A stretch of DNA of 63,248 nucleotides, filler included, from Sphacelaria rigidula (GCA_964200075.2; 7 parts of 7 records of this genome joined end to end with filler, not necessarily neighbours in it); one strand, 5' to 3'. Numbered from the whole stretch's first letter, positions 49,385 through 62,718 are shown. Program-made: numbers and translations. The notes: generated by a model not told the origin, from the letters alone.

Positions 49385-51772
49385 CCCTTGTTCCGCAACG
49401 TAACCTTCGCAGACCTGGGCAAACACAGCGGACTGTCACGGAACACCAATACGGTAGGCTCCAACTCCACCCCCCCACCCCGTGCACGCCACGCCGCCCA
49501 TTCCCGCCTGGCACGCGCAGCGGCCGCTCGCACCCTTTCCACGCGGGCACGTTCCGCGGCTGCGCGTTCTTGCGCCTTCCTCTCCAACATTTCCCGCTTT
49601 TGGACCCACGCCCCACCCGTGCGCGGTACCCCGGGAGCTAACCCGGCAGGGCTGTTCGTCTGTGGGGTGATGGGCTTGTTATTCCGCCGTCTTGGAGACG
49701 GTGGATGTGGAGGCGTCGGTGTAGCAGTAGGTACCACTGCCGGTGTCGGTGGAATCGCCGCTTCTTGGGGTGCTTGGTAGGAGGGAGAGGGAGGTTGGGA
49801 TTGGGGATGGGGTTGCGATTGGGATCGGGTTCGGCAGTCATCTGTCGTGCAATCCCGTTGGTTCTCGCCGCCTTGGTGATTGGATTCCTCCTGCTCCCGT
49901 GGCGTGCTGCTACTTATCACCGCGGTTGCTTCGGTCGTCGGCCTTGAAAGCCCAGCTGTTGGTGCCGCCGATGCATGTGGTGGCGGAGGTGTCGGCGGCG
50001 GAGGTGGCGGTGGGGCGCTGTCTTTTGCGCTCCGACGGCTACGGGCATCACTGGAACCCGATTGCGCCGTGTGCGTATGGCGTTTTCCATCAGTGTTGAG
50101 GTTTTCTTCTTGCCCCATGGTTGTTGGTGGTTCGCGCATAGGTTGCGCGTGAGCTTCGCCTAATCCACGACTAATGTCGGTCGTTGTTGTTGATGTTGCC
50201 GTCGTTGTTTCCCCCGTTGTACCAGCTCTCTCAGTTGTTCCCTGTCGGGAGTCATTGCCACGCTCGCCATGATTGCTGTTGATCTTGTTATCATTATTGT
50301 TGTTGTGCGTGTGTGCCCGGCCGGCAGACGGTGGTGGTGATTCAGTGTGGGACAAGGGCGACTTTGATTCAGCAGGAGGGGCAGCTGCGCCGTTCTTTCC
50401 ACTCGAGCCAGCAGTGTTCTTCATGCTACTGCAACAGCCGCTGGCTTTCTCACCAACACACGCGTGGCACCCGGCCGCGTCGAGTACTGCCAGTTCACTG
50501 TCGTCTTGGCAAGGCATTGCTGTTCTCGTTGCGGGCTGCGACGAAGAGGACGATTTATGACCGCCACCAGTCGGGGCATCGTTGTCTGTCTCGAACTGTA
50601 CAAAAATTGAAGCGTCAGTTGCCGGATATCGAGAGAGACAAATATAGTTTCACGGTTGCCGGGCATGGGACGAAATGGGGTGTGAAACTTGTGTGGAACA
50701 AGCAAATGGTTGAGATGCGATGTGGGGGTGTTCTCTGTAAGGCAACAACAGAGTACAAGTCGTGTGTTGGTCGCTCTTCATTTTTATGGGTGGACTTGTT
50801 CGTGATGGCGACTTTTCATCTGGTGGCTGCGACGCTACAACAGTAACTCGGGCTACTGTAGTGTAGGCGATTGGAACGCGGAGATCACTCCGGAGGAAAA
50901 AAGACTTCTCTTTCGGAAGGTCGTACTACGAGAAAGGTGTCGCTCCTGTTCCCAAGCGAGTGATGCAGTCTGTAGCATCATTTTCTTGAACTTTCTCAAG
51001 AATGCAAGGTGGCAGGTAGAGACAATGAGGAATCATTTTTCGAAAAATCAGCAAAATACCAATTTTCTGGGCACCACAACGCCGTGGGTGCGCGAGTTGT
51101 GTCGTAATGCTCGTAGTAGACGAGAACATGCGCGTATATGCACAGCAGCTCTCCTACCGCTTGCGTGTACCTCAGGACAGTCCTGGCGTGATCCTTTGAA
51201 TTGAACGGTGAGTGAATATCACCCTGCAATGACTGTATCCAAGAGGGGGGTGCAACCTACAGACAAGTGCTGCAGCAGAAGAGACGAGACACGGCGAGCG
51301 AAAGTATACTCTCAAACACACGCACAGTATGTGTACAGGAAGACATATACTCGTACACAAGTGCAAAACATCGCAGCAAATGATGATGGACAATCCATGC
51401 GGGAGGCAAACAACAAGCAGCACACTTCACCCACCGAGCCCCTGCAAGTGACATCGACTTGCGCTACTTGCTACATTTTGCCCAGAGGTAGGGTTCTATA
51501 CTACTGTACAGTACAAAAACCGAGTGCATTCAAGTACAGAATAAAACACAATAGTATACTACAGGACAGTACAGTACGGTACACACTGAAACGCATGTGC
51601 CCATATGACCACCCACCTTGGGCTTCCATACCCGGTTGACCTCGCCAGCAGCTCTGTCGGCCGTCACGCAAAACTCAGCCCACACAAGTACCCACAGCCA
51701 CAGGCAAAACCATGGAACATAGCCTAGAGCTAGTGGCCTTGCCTGCTGCGCAACCCTGCCCGTCTCGACCAT
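49385..51772 (-). CDS. TMEM131-like protein, 5' part; exon 1 51772-51617 (alternative donor 51641), exon 2 50595-49385; remainder off-contig
   Basis: Exon 1 has a hydrophobic signal-like stretch (VPWFCLWLWVLVWAEFCVTA) and a phase-0 AAG|GTGGGT donor. Exon 2 starts at TACAG|TTC in frame, is open for 1211 nt and ends GG|GTGAGT. Its end VELEPTVLVFRDSPLCLPRSAKVTLRN resembles the start of the TMEM131 N-terminal Ig-like/ASH domain (EPxxLxFxxxPxxxPxxxxVxLxN). Confidence 0.65.
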
Positions 51773-53915
51773 TCGGCGGTGCTGCCTCCTTGGGCCAGGC
51801 TGGTCGGTCTTCCGCTGTACCGTATGTCTACAACAAAAAGTAGTGTATCCGCGATAGACGTAATTTTAGGTGACGAGGTAGTGTTCTATCGAGCGCTTGA
51901 ACCTGTGTTGCTACTTCGATGGTGTCTTTACGATGTTGTGCATACGTTTTGCGGATAGTGCGGCAACCTCACTGAAGGCTGGTTCTTTGCGTGCTTTGCG
52001 TGCTTCGTCCCCCTTGCAATCAGCGCGACACAACAATCTGTCGGTGGTCTGCGCTCGGAGACCCGCTTAGATATTTTTTTCATGACTAATCATGACCTTT
52101 TCGTCATCAGACCCGTGGTCGTGAAGTAGGTCCGCTGTGCCGCTGTATAATTGTGGATTAGAAACCGCGAATGGAGAGGTGAAAACAGTACTGTTTTTCC
52201 TTCAGGAGAATTCTGAACGAGTGCAGCACAGCAGCTTCTGGCAATGGAAGATGTAGTCTCCCACAGAGAGGACCAACAACGCTCTTCACGCCCGATTTTG
52301 GGAGTGCCTGGTACAACACGTTTATCCTTCAAAATCTTGTCGACGGCCCAACTCGGATGCGGTCGATAATACGACTATGCCATGAAAAGTCGTGGACGTA
52401 CGTGACGGTTGTTTTGGGATGTTCACCCGTGATATGTCCGTGATCAAGATCAAACCCGCATCACGCGCCCAGTGTGGAAATAATTGTGTATGTTGCCTCC
52501 CGAATCAGGGGTAGGATAAAAAAGTAGGCGACGAGAACCGTCGTCACTGCTGCCGCTGCTACTGCTGAGGCTGCTGCTGCTACAGCAATGCATGTGGTTG
52601 TTGTTGTTAAAGCCCCTCCGTCCTGTACATCATGCCGTGTGGCGGTGTTTCGAACTATACAACTACCGCCACTACGCTCCCATGGGTATGAATGGCACAT
52701 CATTTTGCAAAGTAATGGAACGGACAGATGCACGCAAGTCGGTGGCCAACAACGGAGAATCTATAGTAGTCAGCGTCAGAAGTATGCAGAATTCGTGATT
52801 TCTTCGTTTCCCAAAGATTTTCCAAATTCGTTTCGCTTGCCACCGCTCATGACAGCGACTGTTGGATGCCAAAAAATGCGCATCTATTATCTGGAGATAT
52901 TTCAATAATCTTGACAACTAGTGAGAGAAAAAATATCTGCGATCAGTATTCAGTGACTCACGGGCTTGACCGATCTTCGGGGGTCCTGCGAAAGTTCAAC
53001 CACAGGTTCTAGCTTTTTGGTATTTTCGGTGGACCGACTCGATCCCGATCATATGAGTGAAGACTTGAAAATAATTATTTTTCTGAAATTGCACCTATTC
53101 ACTGCGCTAAAGACGGAAAACTATGATTTTCTTGGATCATTTACGTCCAATAACACCCTCCTGATAAACAGGGTCTTTACTTTGTATCGCCCCCACAACA
53201 CCAGCTTGGGCATTGTGATTTGAGTACGGTCTGCTTATTTTGAGAAAACTATCGACGCCAGCACTTTCGAGTGCTCATGGATAATTTTATGCAAAAAAAC
53301 CCGAAAAGAGGCCATCCGCAGAAAATGCTGGACTGAGGTCGGTGCAGCATAGGAGGAAAACACGATCTCGATCGTTATTGTAAAGATTTTTTCAAGTATT
53401 CATTTATCTGAATATTCACCGTTTTGTTGCGGAAGAGCCGGACAACTCCTCTTGTTGGACCAAAAACGGGGTATTTAGTCCTTATCGCCCCAAAAACACC
53501 AACCTGGGTACTGCAGTTTGAGCGCGGCCTACGCTTCCCCCCTGAATCTACCGGCGCTAGCACTTTCAAGTAGTAGTGAAGAATAATAGTTCCTGGAAAA
53601 ACTAAAAAACTACAACAACTGCGAATTCTGAAAACTTCTGATGCTGACTACTTTTTTAGTGAGATGGGAAGAAATAGAAAACGTCATGATTCATCACCAT
53701 CTCGGTCGTAGCTGCTCAACAATCTAGTGTGAACACTCATCATCTCTTTCTTCTAATAATCGAGTGCTGCTGTAGTATAGCGGTAGCAGTCGCTATGCAG
53801 AAGAAGAAATAACATCATCGATGGTGCGAGGTACTCGGAAGTAGGGGGCGTAGTAACTTTCCTCCCTGCTGAACGTGCTGGATCTTCTTCGCGGAGGGGC
53901 TGTCAAGCGGTCCTA

Positions 53916-54200
53916 CTTCCTCTGTCCCATAAGTAAAGTCCGTCATGTTTATACGAGCCCTTAACGGTGTCTGATTTGATTTTCGATTCTTTCATTGCAT
54001 TCGTTGGCGTTTTTTGAGCTAAACCCAACAACACTCTTTCCACAATGTGCGTGCTCAACGCGTGCAGTCTCACGATCGAGAAAAAGTAGGTCACTCTAAC
54101 AACGGCGATTTTTCGCTCTTTTTCCCAGTAACAGCCAATCATCTATATTGAGGATGGTGCTATTGATTGAGGATGAGAACCCGGAGGATTAAAATCTTCG
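53916..54200. mobile_element. Stowaway-like MITE, second copy, cut by contig end
   Basis: TA|CTTCCTCTGTCCCATAAGTAAAGTCCGTCATG then sequence reverse-complementary to about 4255-4353. Confidence 0.8.
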
Positions 54201-54390
54201 NNNNNNNNNNNNNNNNNNNNNNNNNNNNNNNNNNNNNNNNNNNNTTAATTAATTAANNNNNNNNNNNNNNNNNNNNNNNNNNNNNNNNNNNNNNNNNNNN
54301 TGGGAATGCTGTGCAGTGCGTTTACGCACAAACACTACTCTTCACATGCAGCTGCGGGCGCAAGTTACTGGCGGAAAAAAGAGCTGAGTA

Positions 54391-54461
54391 GGGTGGACGG
54401 GAGTCGAACCCTCGACTCCACGATTACGTCGTCGACCGGTTACACACGGAGCTACGCGTGG
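54391..54461 (-). pseudogene. tRNA-like relic (pseudogene or SINE head)
   Basis: Minus strand GTAGCTCCGTG...ACGTAA...GAGGGTTCGACTCCC followed shortly by TTTTTT. Acceptor stem does not pair. Confidence 0.45.
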
Positions 54462-56278
54462 TAGTCGTTGAGCTTAAGTTGAGTGTTTTGTACTTCTGAA
54501 TTTTGGGGCGGCCCTCGAAGGTCCTTGTCAATAACACTGAAATCCCCCGAATTGTTTTTAGATGCACAAGTGTAATGGAAATCTGAAATTTGGACAGCCG
54601 CTGCTGTTCGAAATAAATCCTAATTCCAAACTTGGAATAGGGCAAAAAGAATTCATTCGAAATAATTCCTGATTCCAAACTTGGAATATAGTTGAGGAAG
54701 GATTCATTTCGAAAAGCTTCAGCTGTACAGACAATCTTATATACACTGTATATCGCAGATGGAATTTGTACACCACCAAGAACACCTGAAATTGGGTGGA
54801 GAAAGAACTTGCTCGCGAGCAGCTTCATCTGTTCTATTCCTATTTACTGCACGCAAGCTTTTGTTGCAGCTGATGTCATGATAACAGATGGCAATTGACC
54901 CCGCTCATAGATGCATACACGTGATGAAAACCCCGTAGTCCCGCGTCGACCAAACTAACACAATATACAGGGGATAATGAAACATCGATATTTTCGCATA
55001 TTGCGTAATCAGGATATATATTCACAATAATAAACTATACTGGACTGTACAATACCATTGCATGCGGGACAGTGCGCTATACCGCCGTGCTTATACGTGC
55101 GGCGTCATATACTGCAGATGGCTGGCTATAAATACAATGTATAGATGCCTGCAGCTTATTTTGATATATGGGGCGGGTGTTATATGCCGTCACGAACTCC
55201 AGTTTCTCACGCCCGTTCCACATCATATATTTGCGCGCACAGCTATGCTGCAGCACAGTAAGTACGGCGTGAAAGGGAAAGGGAAAAGTATACAGTACAG
55301 ACAGCGCAGGACAATGTGTATATGTATGATCTCTACCCACACTGCGACGTGAAAAGGACTTGAACAACGTGCAGCATATCGTACGCGCGGCCTGTATATG
55401 CTGCACTATAGTATATGTTATGTCGCGGTGCGTCCGCGACCCGCAGCATGCATATGATGGTGAGTGTGTATATGCATACCATAGGCGGCCGGTTGATTGT
55501 TGTTCTTCGCATCCGTGCCAGTATATACGCACCCCGCGTATGTCGTCGCCGCGCGATGTCGCGACCATGAAAGAAGTAGGTGCTCAAGTTTCCACCAACG
55601 AGAAATATCATATCCACCCGCCGCACGGCAGTGCGTGTATGTGTCTATATCCCTGTGCCCAACCCGTGCTCTTTGCTGCGGGGTTGTGGTGGTATAGCTG
55701 GGCGGAATAATAACACTGTTGTGCGGGCGGGTGCTTTTGGTGATGTTCGATTTGTGTGCGGTGAAAAATACACGGAGTGATGGTCCAGATATATACTATT
55801 CATACACGATTGATTAAGTAATGTTTTCTAAACATGGTTCGTGTTAGTAGACAACGGAAGAGGGGGTTTTGGGAAAAATGTACAGAGATTGACGAGGTAT
55901 ACCCGATCGTTTGGCATCTTCCCACCTTCCCAGGGGCTTCACACGAAGCACAGGTATGGACATACACACGTATCCAACGTGTGGGATCTCTATTCAGCGA
56001 AAGCGGTTGAGAGCTATTCATCCTTCAGCCCATGTACACATGGACTCGGGGGCACAAGGATGAATACCTTTCAGCAACTTTTTCTGCGTGTCGGATCCCA
56101 TGTGCCGGTGACGATGCAGTATGCGGGATTTGCCCAGCAGCTAACGCTGCTCGCCATAATTTGTTTTTCCCCCAATCTCTGGATGAATTGGAGGGAAAAG
56201 TATATATTTATTTTGAGGTTCTTCTGCCGGTCAAATTCCGAATCTGCCAGTGTGCATGGGATTTGCGCAGCAAAAGGA

Positions 56279-56495
56279 GCTGTTCAAAATAGATCTTTTT
56301 TCGCTCATCTCGAAAATGGGCGAAAAAAGGATCGATCTTGAACAGCTTCTTCTGCTGTTCTAAATAAATCCTTTTCTTTGCCGAAATTAATCGAGCGAGA
56401 AAAGGATCTGTTCTGAATAGCTTTCATCCTGCTGTCCAAAATAAATTCCTTTTCGCTCGATTCAAGTCGGGTGAAGAGGAATTTACCTCGGACAG
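56279..56495. repeat. Three tandem ~68-bp palindromic units (56279-56346, 56354-56421, 56431-56495)
   Basis: Each unit GCTGT(T/C)C.AAATA.AT.C.TTT.C...G.GA..A.GGA...T...GA(A)(C/T)AG folds on itself. Confidence 0.7.
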
Positions 56496-56599
56496 GAGGA
56501 CAAGCTATTGAAGATATATAAATTTACAGATTTTGTACCAAAATATTTGGAATTTTTGAAAAACGAACTTGAGGTTTTTTCACCAAAACACAACCACAT

Positions 56600-56755
56600 G
56601 ACTGTGCAGGGCTTTGCCGACGTGCCTACACAGGGCTGCAAATCCAACCCTGGGGAAAACCCTATCAAAACGCTGCGATGGGTACAGATTTTGCATTTCA
56701 CTGTCAGGGTTTTTGGCAAAGACTGTGGAGGACCCTGTACGGACCCTGCACAGTG
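56600..56755. mobile_element. Possible small CACTG-ended MITE
   Basis: (G)ACTGTGCAGGG...CCCTGCACAGTG with internal CAGGG/ACCCTG repeats. Confidence 0.4.
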
Positions 56756-57870
56756 CGTCCCACAGGGTGCCATCTGTCCACGTGTGACGGCCCCAGAGCA
56801 GCAGAAACAACCGCTCACACCGCCGTTGCTGGACCTGATCTTGCCCTGCTTCCCCAGGTTCCGGTGCCGGCGAGTTTCCTCGTCCAACTCCAACCACATC
56901 GATACAAACTATTGCCTATGGCGGGATCACCTCCTTCTGACTTGCCAACGATCGACGAATCCGCGGGGGACGATGCCCCGATCAGTGGCCCCATAAGTAC
57001 CAGCAACTTCGCTGTCCCACCGCCCTTCACTACCGACGAGTCTCTTGGCGATGTCGAAGCTGCAGGTAATGATCTATTGTCGGAGCTCATCTCCCCTTGT
57101 ATACTTCCTTCTGAGGGCGACAGTCCTACGGGTATCATCCACGATGCCTACGACTATCTCCTTCGCTCCCACGCCGAAAGTGAACAAAAAAGCTGAAGCT
57201 TGCTCTCCCGCCAAGATTGGGCGCGAGAACAACTAACCGAGCCTGCTTGCCGCGCAGCAATACTTTGCCTGTCTCAAAAATTTCCACTCGTCTCATTCCC
57301 CTCCGCGGGGATTTTCGAACCCGTCGGACGGCGCCGTGTGATGGTATATGACCGCGTGCGAGAATTAAACTAGCACAGTGGGACATCACGATCGATCCAA
57401 AAACGATCGGCGGATGTGAAGAGATCCTAGTCGAAAGTGTGCTTGTGTAAAGTAGAAGTTGGATCGTTCGCACAGTTGAATTGGCGTTTTCAGTCGATTT
57501 TGTATTCGGACATGGCCTATGCCAGAATAGTCATATGAGGCACACGCGTGCCAACGCTTGATTGGTCGGAGATACACGCAGGGATGATTCTGTAATTGAC
57601 TGATTGATTGACTGATGAAATATGACAGGGTTGTATGTGAGGCGGGGTAAGGGCGAGCAGCGCCCTGACCATCGCCTACCTGCTTACTTGTTCCACGGAC
57701 CCAGACATTCGACATCTTTTGGATATATAAGAAGAACCTCCACAACCGCCCACCTGCTGATCTCTCCAACGATACCGGTCTTCAAGCCCGCATCTGACTC
57801 ACGTAAGTCACGTGTACCATAACCCCTCGCTTATATTCTGTCTATCAATTGTACACACGAGGGTGACGTC

Positions 57871-60800
57871 TGTTCGTAGGATGGCCTGCGGTGTTCAGTA
57901 AGATACACCTAGTCAGGGTAAGGTGCAACAGTCTAGTGATATACCTGTTTGAGTTCCGGGTACTACGCGGAATGACTTCATATTGTGATGTTAGTGACTA
58001 GACATACGTGAGTGGTGCTTGCCACATCTTGAGAATTTGGCGCCTACTGCGCCCACTCCCCTTCCTTCCCTCTTCATCAACAAAGCTTTATATACATTTC
58101 TACCTCATCTTGATCGGCAGTCAGCCGTGTCCATTGATCGACTATCGCAGTCGTGTCCATTGATCGACTATCTGAGTCGAGTCTGTACCCCATCCTCTCA
58201 CGGGGTCACGAAGCTACAAACACTCTAGAGCCCAAACCCTACCCAACTTGGGAGCTTTGTGGCCAAGGGACCGATGGCGGACTGGAGCACTGCGGAAAGA
58301 CACTCGGCTGTCGTAGGAGACACATCGTCTCCAACGGAGATGCGGGAGGTGAAAAAGAATGTCGCCAGCTTGCAAGGATCGATGGCGGATATCACCGAGC
58401 AGTTGGCGGAGCTGAAGACGATGATGGCGTCCCCGTTAGTGCGCGGGACAACGTCCACTGGCCCCGGAGCGGCAGCGGACGAGGAGGGGGAGGCAGGCGA
58501 CGGAACGCACGCCGTCGCCGGTGCCGGAACAGGGAGGGTCCGGTCACCCCTCGGTGTAGGGATTGCATCCGGCCCTTCCGAGGATCCACGGGCGATGGAT
58601 CCGCCCATGTAAGGATGAACGAGTAGTCCCCGGTCTACTACCCTCATCTAGGCGTGAAGAGTTGTTTTCGTGTTGATGAAAGATTTGATGAGAAGTTTGA
58701 CAGTAAGGAGAAAAATTGGCCATTGTTCCGTGATGATGATTCCCTGACACAAGTTAGTGCCGCAGTTTTCATAAGCGCCTCACGTGAAAGACGGGAAATA
58801 TTTCCGTATGACACAGGAAACTGGCCAGGACCCCCCTGAAGTGGCAAGGGAAGTCGAAAAAGGAATTTACGAATTTACAAGGGACCTCGGGAGATACGGG
58901 GGATTAGAAACCTGATGGGCGTGAAAAATGGTTCTGTAAAGGAGAGGTGGTGTTGGATTTGCCGGAAGCAAACAACACACTTCGCGCGTGACTGTCCGGA
59001 ACGACATTGTATGAGATGAGGAAAGAAGGGACACTCTTATCAGGATTGTAATACAGGAGAAAACGAGGATACAGCGATGGCAGCAGGGTCGTCGAGTAGT
59101 ACCGATTCTTCAGTATGTTCGCCAGGGGATGCAGAAGCCTTTTGAAAAATGATGGCATGAGACCTATGCATGACTCAAATACCCCTTTGTTTTTATGTTT
59201 TGAGTGTTCCTGACCGTCATGCAGATAGCGATTCATGTACCCAAGGAAAGGTTGCTGCCCAGGTGGATCGAGATGTTGGATATCTCTGGACAATGCTGAG
59301 ATCATATTTTTGATATGGACACCGAAACTCAGTGTTGATGTTTGACGAATTTCTGTCTCGATGAGTGCAGACTTACTTCGCGCGTTTGTTTGACTCGATT
59401 GATGAATAGAAAATCGTCTGCCGTTTTTGTAAGTGTGAGGAGAGCGGGGCACCGCGGCTTGACTTGACTGTGGAACGGTGTCGGTAAAATTGCACAGAGT
59501 GAAGTGCGTGAAGAGTGTTGAGAACAGGTTTTGACATGGATGCCGAAACTCAACGCTTATGTGTAACATTGTTGCCACCCCGATGAGCGCAGGACTGTGG
59601 GGCACCACACCCTTACTCGACCGGTTGAGGTGGAACCTTGTTCGTCGCCTTGGTGAGTACAGGCACGTGGGGCGCTGCTGTTTGACTAGACTAGAGGGTG
59701 ATGTCGGTAAAATGTTCCGCAGAGGGGTATGCGGATGAATGATGGTTGAGACCACAAAATTTGAGGTGGGTTTCGAAACTCGACATCTAAGTGAAAAAGT
59801 CGTCATCATTCCGAGAGGTGTAGGATTCGCGAGGCATCGGCTTCTTGACTGGATTAGTTGATGAGATTTTGTTATTATGATAGGAGCAAGGACTGAGTAT
59901 AGCGCAATACTAGTAGCTTGGCCTGATCATGATAATATCGGAAGAGTGACTGTGGGCACACACGAAATTCCTGTGCTACAGGTCAGCAAAACGCATGTGA
60001 CACATATTTGATGGCTAATAGATGGAGCTGACGTTATGAGCGAGATGCGGTTCATGTGCACAGCATGATAAAAGAAGAGTGCATTGTATCACCCATATGG
60101 GAGCTGGTCGTTGCTCGGTTGGCTGGCCAGGCGAATTCCATACAGGTTTACACATGTTGGCCCGGCATGTAAAAGGCAAAGTGTACTGTTTCATGCAACC
60201 AGGATGGTAGCGGCCGAACTGCCGTTTGATCCATGTGTTGTATGTGATGGAGAAGTGAAGAGTTGAAATAATAGTGCTAAATTCGGGTATAATATGTGGA
60301 TGTGCGTTCGCTACTAACGTAACGCGACACCACAGTACGGTACATGGTAAAAGTATGTTCATCGGTTGGTGATTGACGCGCCTGAGTAACATGGATATTA
60401 ATATTTTTCCTTTCTGTTGTCCCACTGCCCATTACCCTCGGGTCTACATGATATGTGAGACGCTGAGCCCCCCAAAACCATTTTTGTCCGACACAGGTGC
60501 TGTCTGTAAGGCTGAGACGAGCATGACGTGACGGTTGTTTTTGGAGGGTGGTGACCGGCCAGGATCAGGATCAGCCCCTCGCTACGAATCTCCCCGCCAT
60601 GGGGGAAGGATGATGAATGCAGCACTCCTTCTCCGTGGCCTAGAAGCGGGGGGGGGGGGAAGACTTTGACTAGCAAGAGTGGGGGGGGGCTGATTCTGAT
60701 TGTGTGTTTTGTCTGGAGGCGTTGAGCTGCTTTGCTCCGCCGGTCACCGAGGGGGAATAAGGGGTTAAGTAGATGTAGTGAGTGTCTAGTTTGGCTTGAT

Positions 60801-61707
60801 GACGTAGGCACTGCTGTAGTATGGTTTGCTGAATTTGAATTTTGAAATTTGATTCTTGTACTGTAGACAGCTGACTGACTGTGAAGTGGATTTTGCAACA
60901 TGTGATACGAGTTTCGAAAGTTGTCAACTGCACTGTGTGGTGTGGGTTCATATATATTACCTAGGATCTTGGTCTCGCGTGCGTAATGCAAGTTACTCGG
61001 ATGCTAAGTACGACCACCCACGCTATTGTAAGGGGCATGGGCTAGTACAGTTGAAGAATTTTGACTTGCGTTTCGCTTGGGTTGACCATCAGGAGCTACA
61101 GTGTGGTAAAACACACAGCTCACCCATCCCTGTTTTTTGTCTTGGTGTGAAGAGAAATGTACCGATGTATTTGAATCTTGGCTGGTCCCATAGTCGTTGA
61201 AAGAAGTGACGAGTTTCGGGATATGCGGTTGTTTTACGGTTGCTGATGAAATTCATGTCTTGAGAGGATACACCTGTTGAATGCGCCGTGAGCGGAACAG
61301 TTTTGTTTTCGGTGAGTATTTCTGTTCACCAAGTATGGTCTATGAACCTTACTTTTGACACGCGCAATCTATGGGGGGGTGTTCGTAGGATGGCCTGCGG
61401 TGTTCAGTAAGATACACCTAGTGATATACCTGTTTGAGTTCCGGGTACTGCGCGGAATGACTTTATATTGTGATGTTAGTGACTAGACATACGTGAGTGG
61501 TGCTTGTCACATCTTGAGAATTTGGCGCCTACTGCGCCCACTCCCCTTCCTTCCCTCTTCATCAACAAAGCTTTACATATATTTCTACCTCATCTTGATC
61601 GGCAGTCAGCCGTGTCCATTGATCGACTATCGCAGTCGTGTCCATTGATCGACTATCTGAGTCGAGTCTGTACCCCATCCTCTCACGGGGTCACGGAGTT
61701 ACAAACA
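57871..61707 (+). mobile_element. Complete non-autonomous LTR retroelement (LTRs 57871-58222 and 61380-61707, TSD ACGTC)
   Basis: TG...CA LTR pair differing by about 7 substitutions and one 24-bp indel; ACGTC at 57866-57870 and 61708-61712; G-run PPT before the 3' LTR; no intact pol. Confidence 0.95.
58274..58839 (+). pseudogene. gag-like ORF relic inside the LTR element
   Basis: MADWSTAERH...EMREVKKNVASLQGSMADITEQLAELKTMM coiled coil just after the 5' LTR, then a broken frame with FDSKEKNWPLFRD. Confidence 0.5.
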
Positions 61708-62161
61708 ACGTCTGGTGTAACAGCCCCTAACAGCTGGCTTGTTGTGTTGAGCAGAGAACATTACAGCTTGATCTAACAAGTCGAACACACGATCAGCTTG
61801 TCACATCACTTCTTTGGGGTGCGGCTTGTTCTGCTGGTGCTGTACTATTACAGCCGGGCATCCACACAGGATGACGTTGTTGAGTTGGCTCGCAAAGGCA
61901 ACTCTTACATAGATGTAGGCATCGTACTACTGATCCACAAAACCCACGCTGGCACCTGAGACAGACCGCCCTACAGGTAGATATGCTAGATTCCACGACC
62001 AAGAACCCATTCGCACATATGTGCCAATGTTGATGCGACAATGGGTTCTGCACGAGAGTCATTCCAACGCTTCGATCCATCTCGATACAACTCGGACGAC
62101 TCAGTTCATTGAGCGATTCTACTGGTAGATAGGTATCGATCAATGTGTCTGTTGGTGGGTA

Positions 62162-62610
62162 CGTTGCTGTTCGAATTGTCAGGCGCGCAAGGCTTCTCGC
62201 CAGACTTCGCGTTGGCGAGTGGTCTCTATGCCGCTCCCCAATGGGCCCGGTGAGGTTATATCTCCGGACTATTTCGGGCCTTTGCCTCTCACGGAAAGTA
62301 GAAACACGTATATTCGGTTGATTACGGATCGAATCAGTCGTCACGCCGTCATGTATGCTATCTCAAAACCCAACTATTCCGCGGAGGGCACCAATATTGT
62401 GGTGTACAAATACATGCTACAGTGAGGCGTCCCCCGAAATTGTTGTCCAATAATGGCCAACACTTTTCCAGGAAACGTTCTGCCGCAGTCAGTACATTAT
62501 TGGGATCCCCTCGCATTTTCACGAGTGCGTACTACCCCCAGACGAACGGTGGAATGGAACGAGCAATGCTACGGTAGGGGAACACTTTTTGCGCAAACTC
62601 TTGGCTGGTT
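62162..62610 (+). pseudogene. Gypsy integrase core relic
   Basis: CSNCQARK...VSMPLPNGPGEVISPDYFGPLPLTESRNTYIRLITDRISRHA...*GVP/LLSNNGQHF...FTSAYYPQTNGGMER: zinc-finger CxxC and DDE-region motifs with stop and frameshift. Confidence 0.85.
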
Positions 62611-62718
62611 CAGGGGCTCCTGAGGATTCTTGATGTACAATAATATGAGTCACGGCATCCCCGTTGGAAAAAAAACGGGATGCCCCTAGCACATTGGAAT
62701 AGTGATCCTGGCGTACTC

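Noticed and set aside
49795..49833. Telomere-like G-rich hexamers
   Set aside because: Antisense of the SQSQPHPQSQP codons within the TMEM131-like exon.
58904..59809. 301-aa minus-strand ORF inside the LTR element
   Set aside because: No recognisable motif, antisense to the element; probably a chance open frame.
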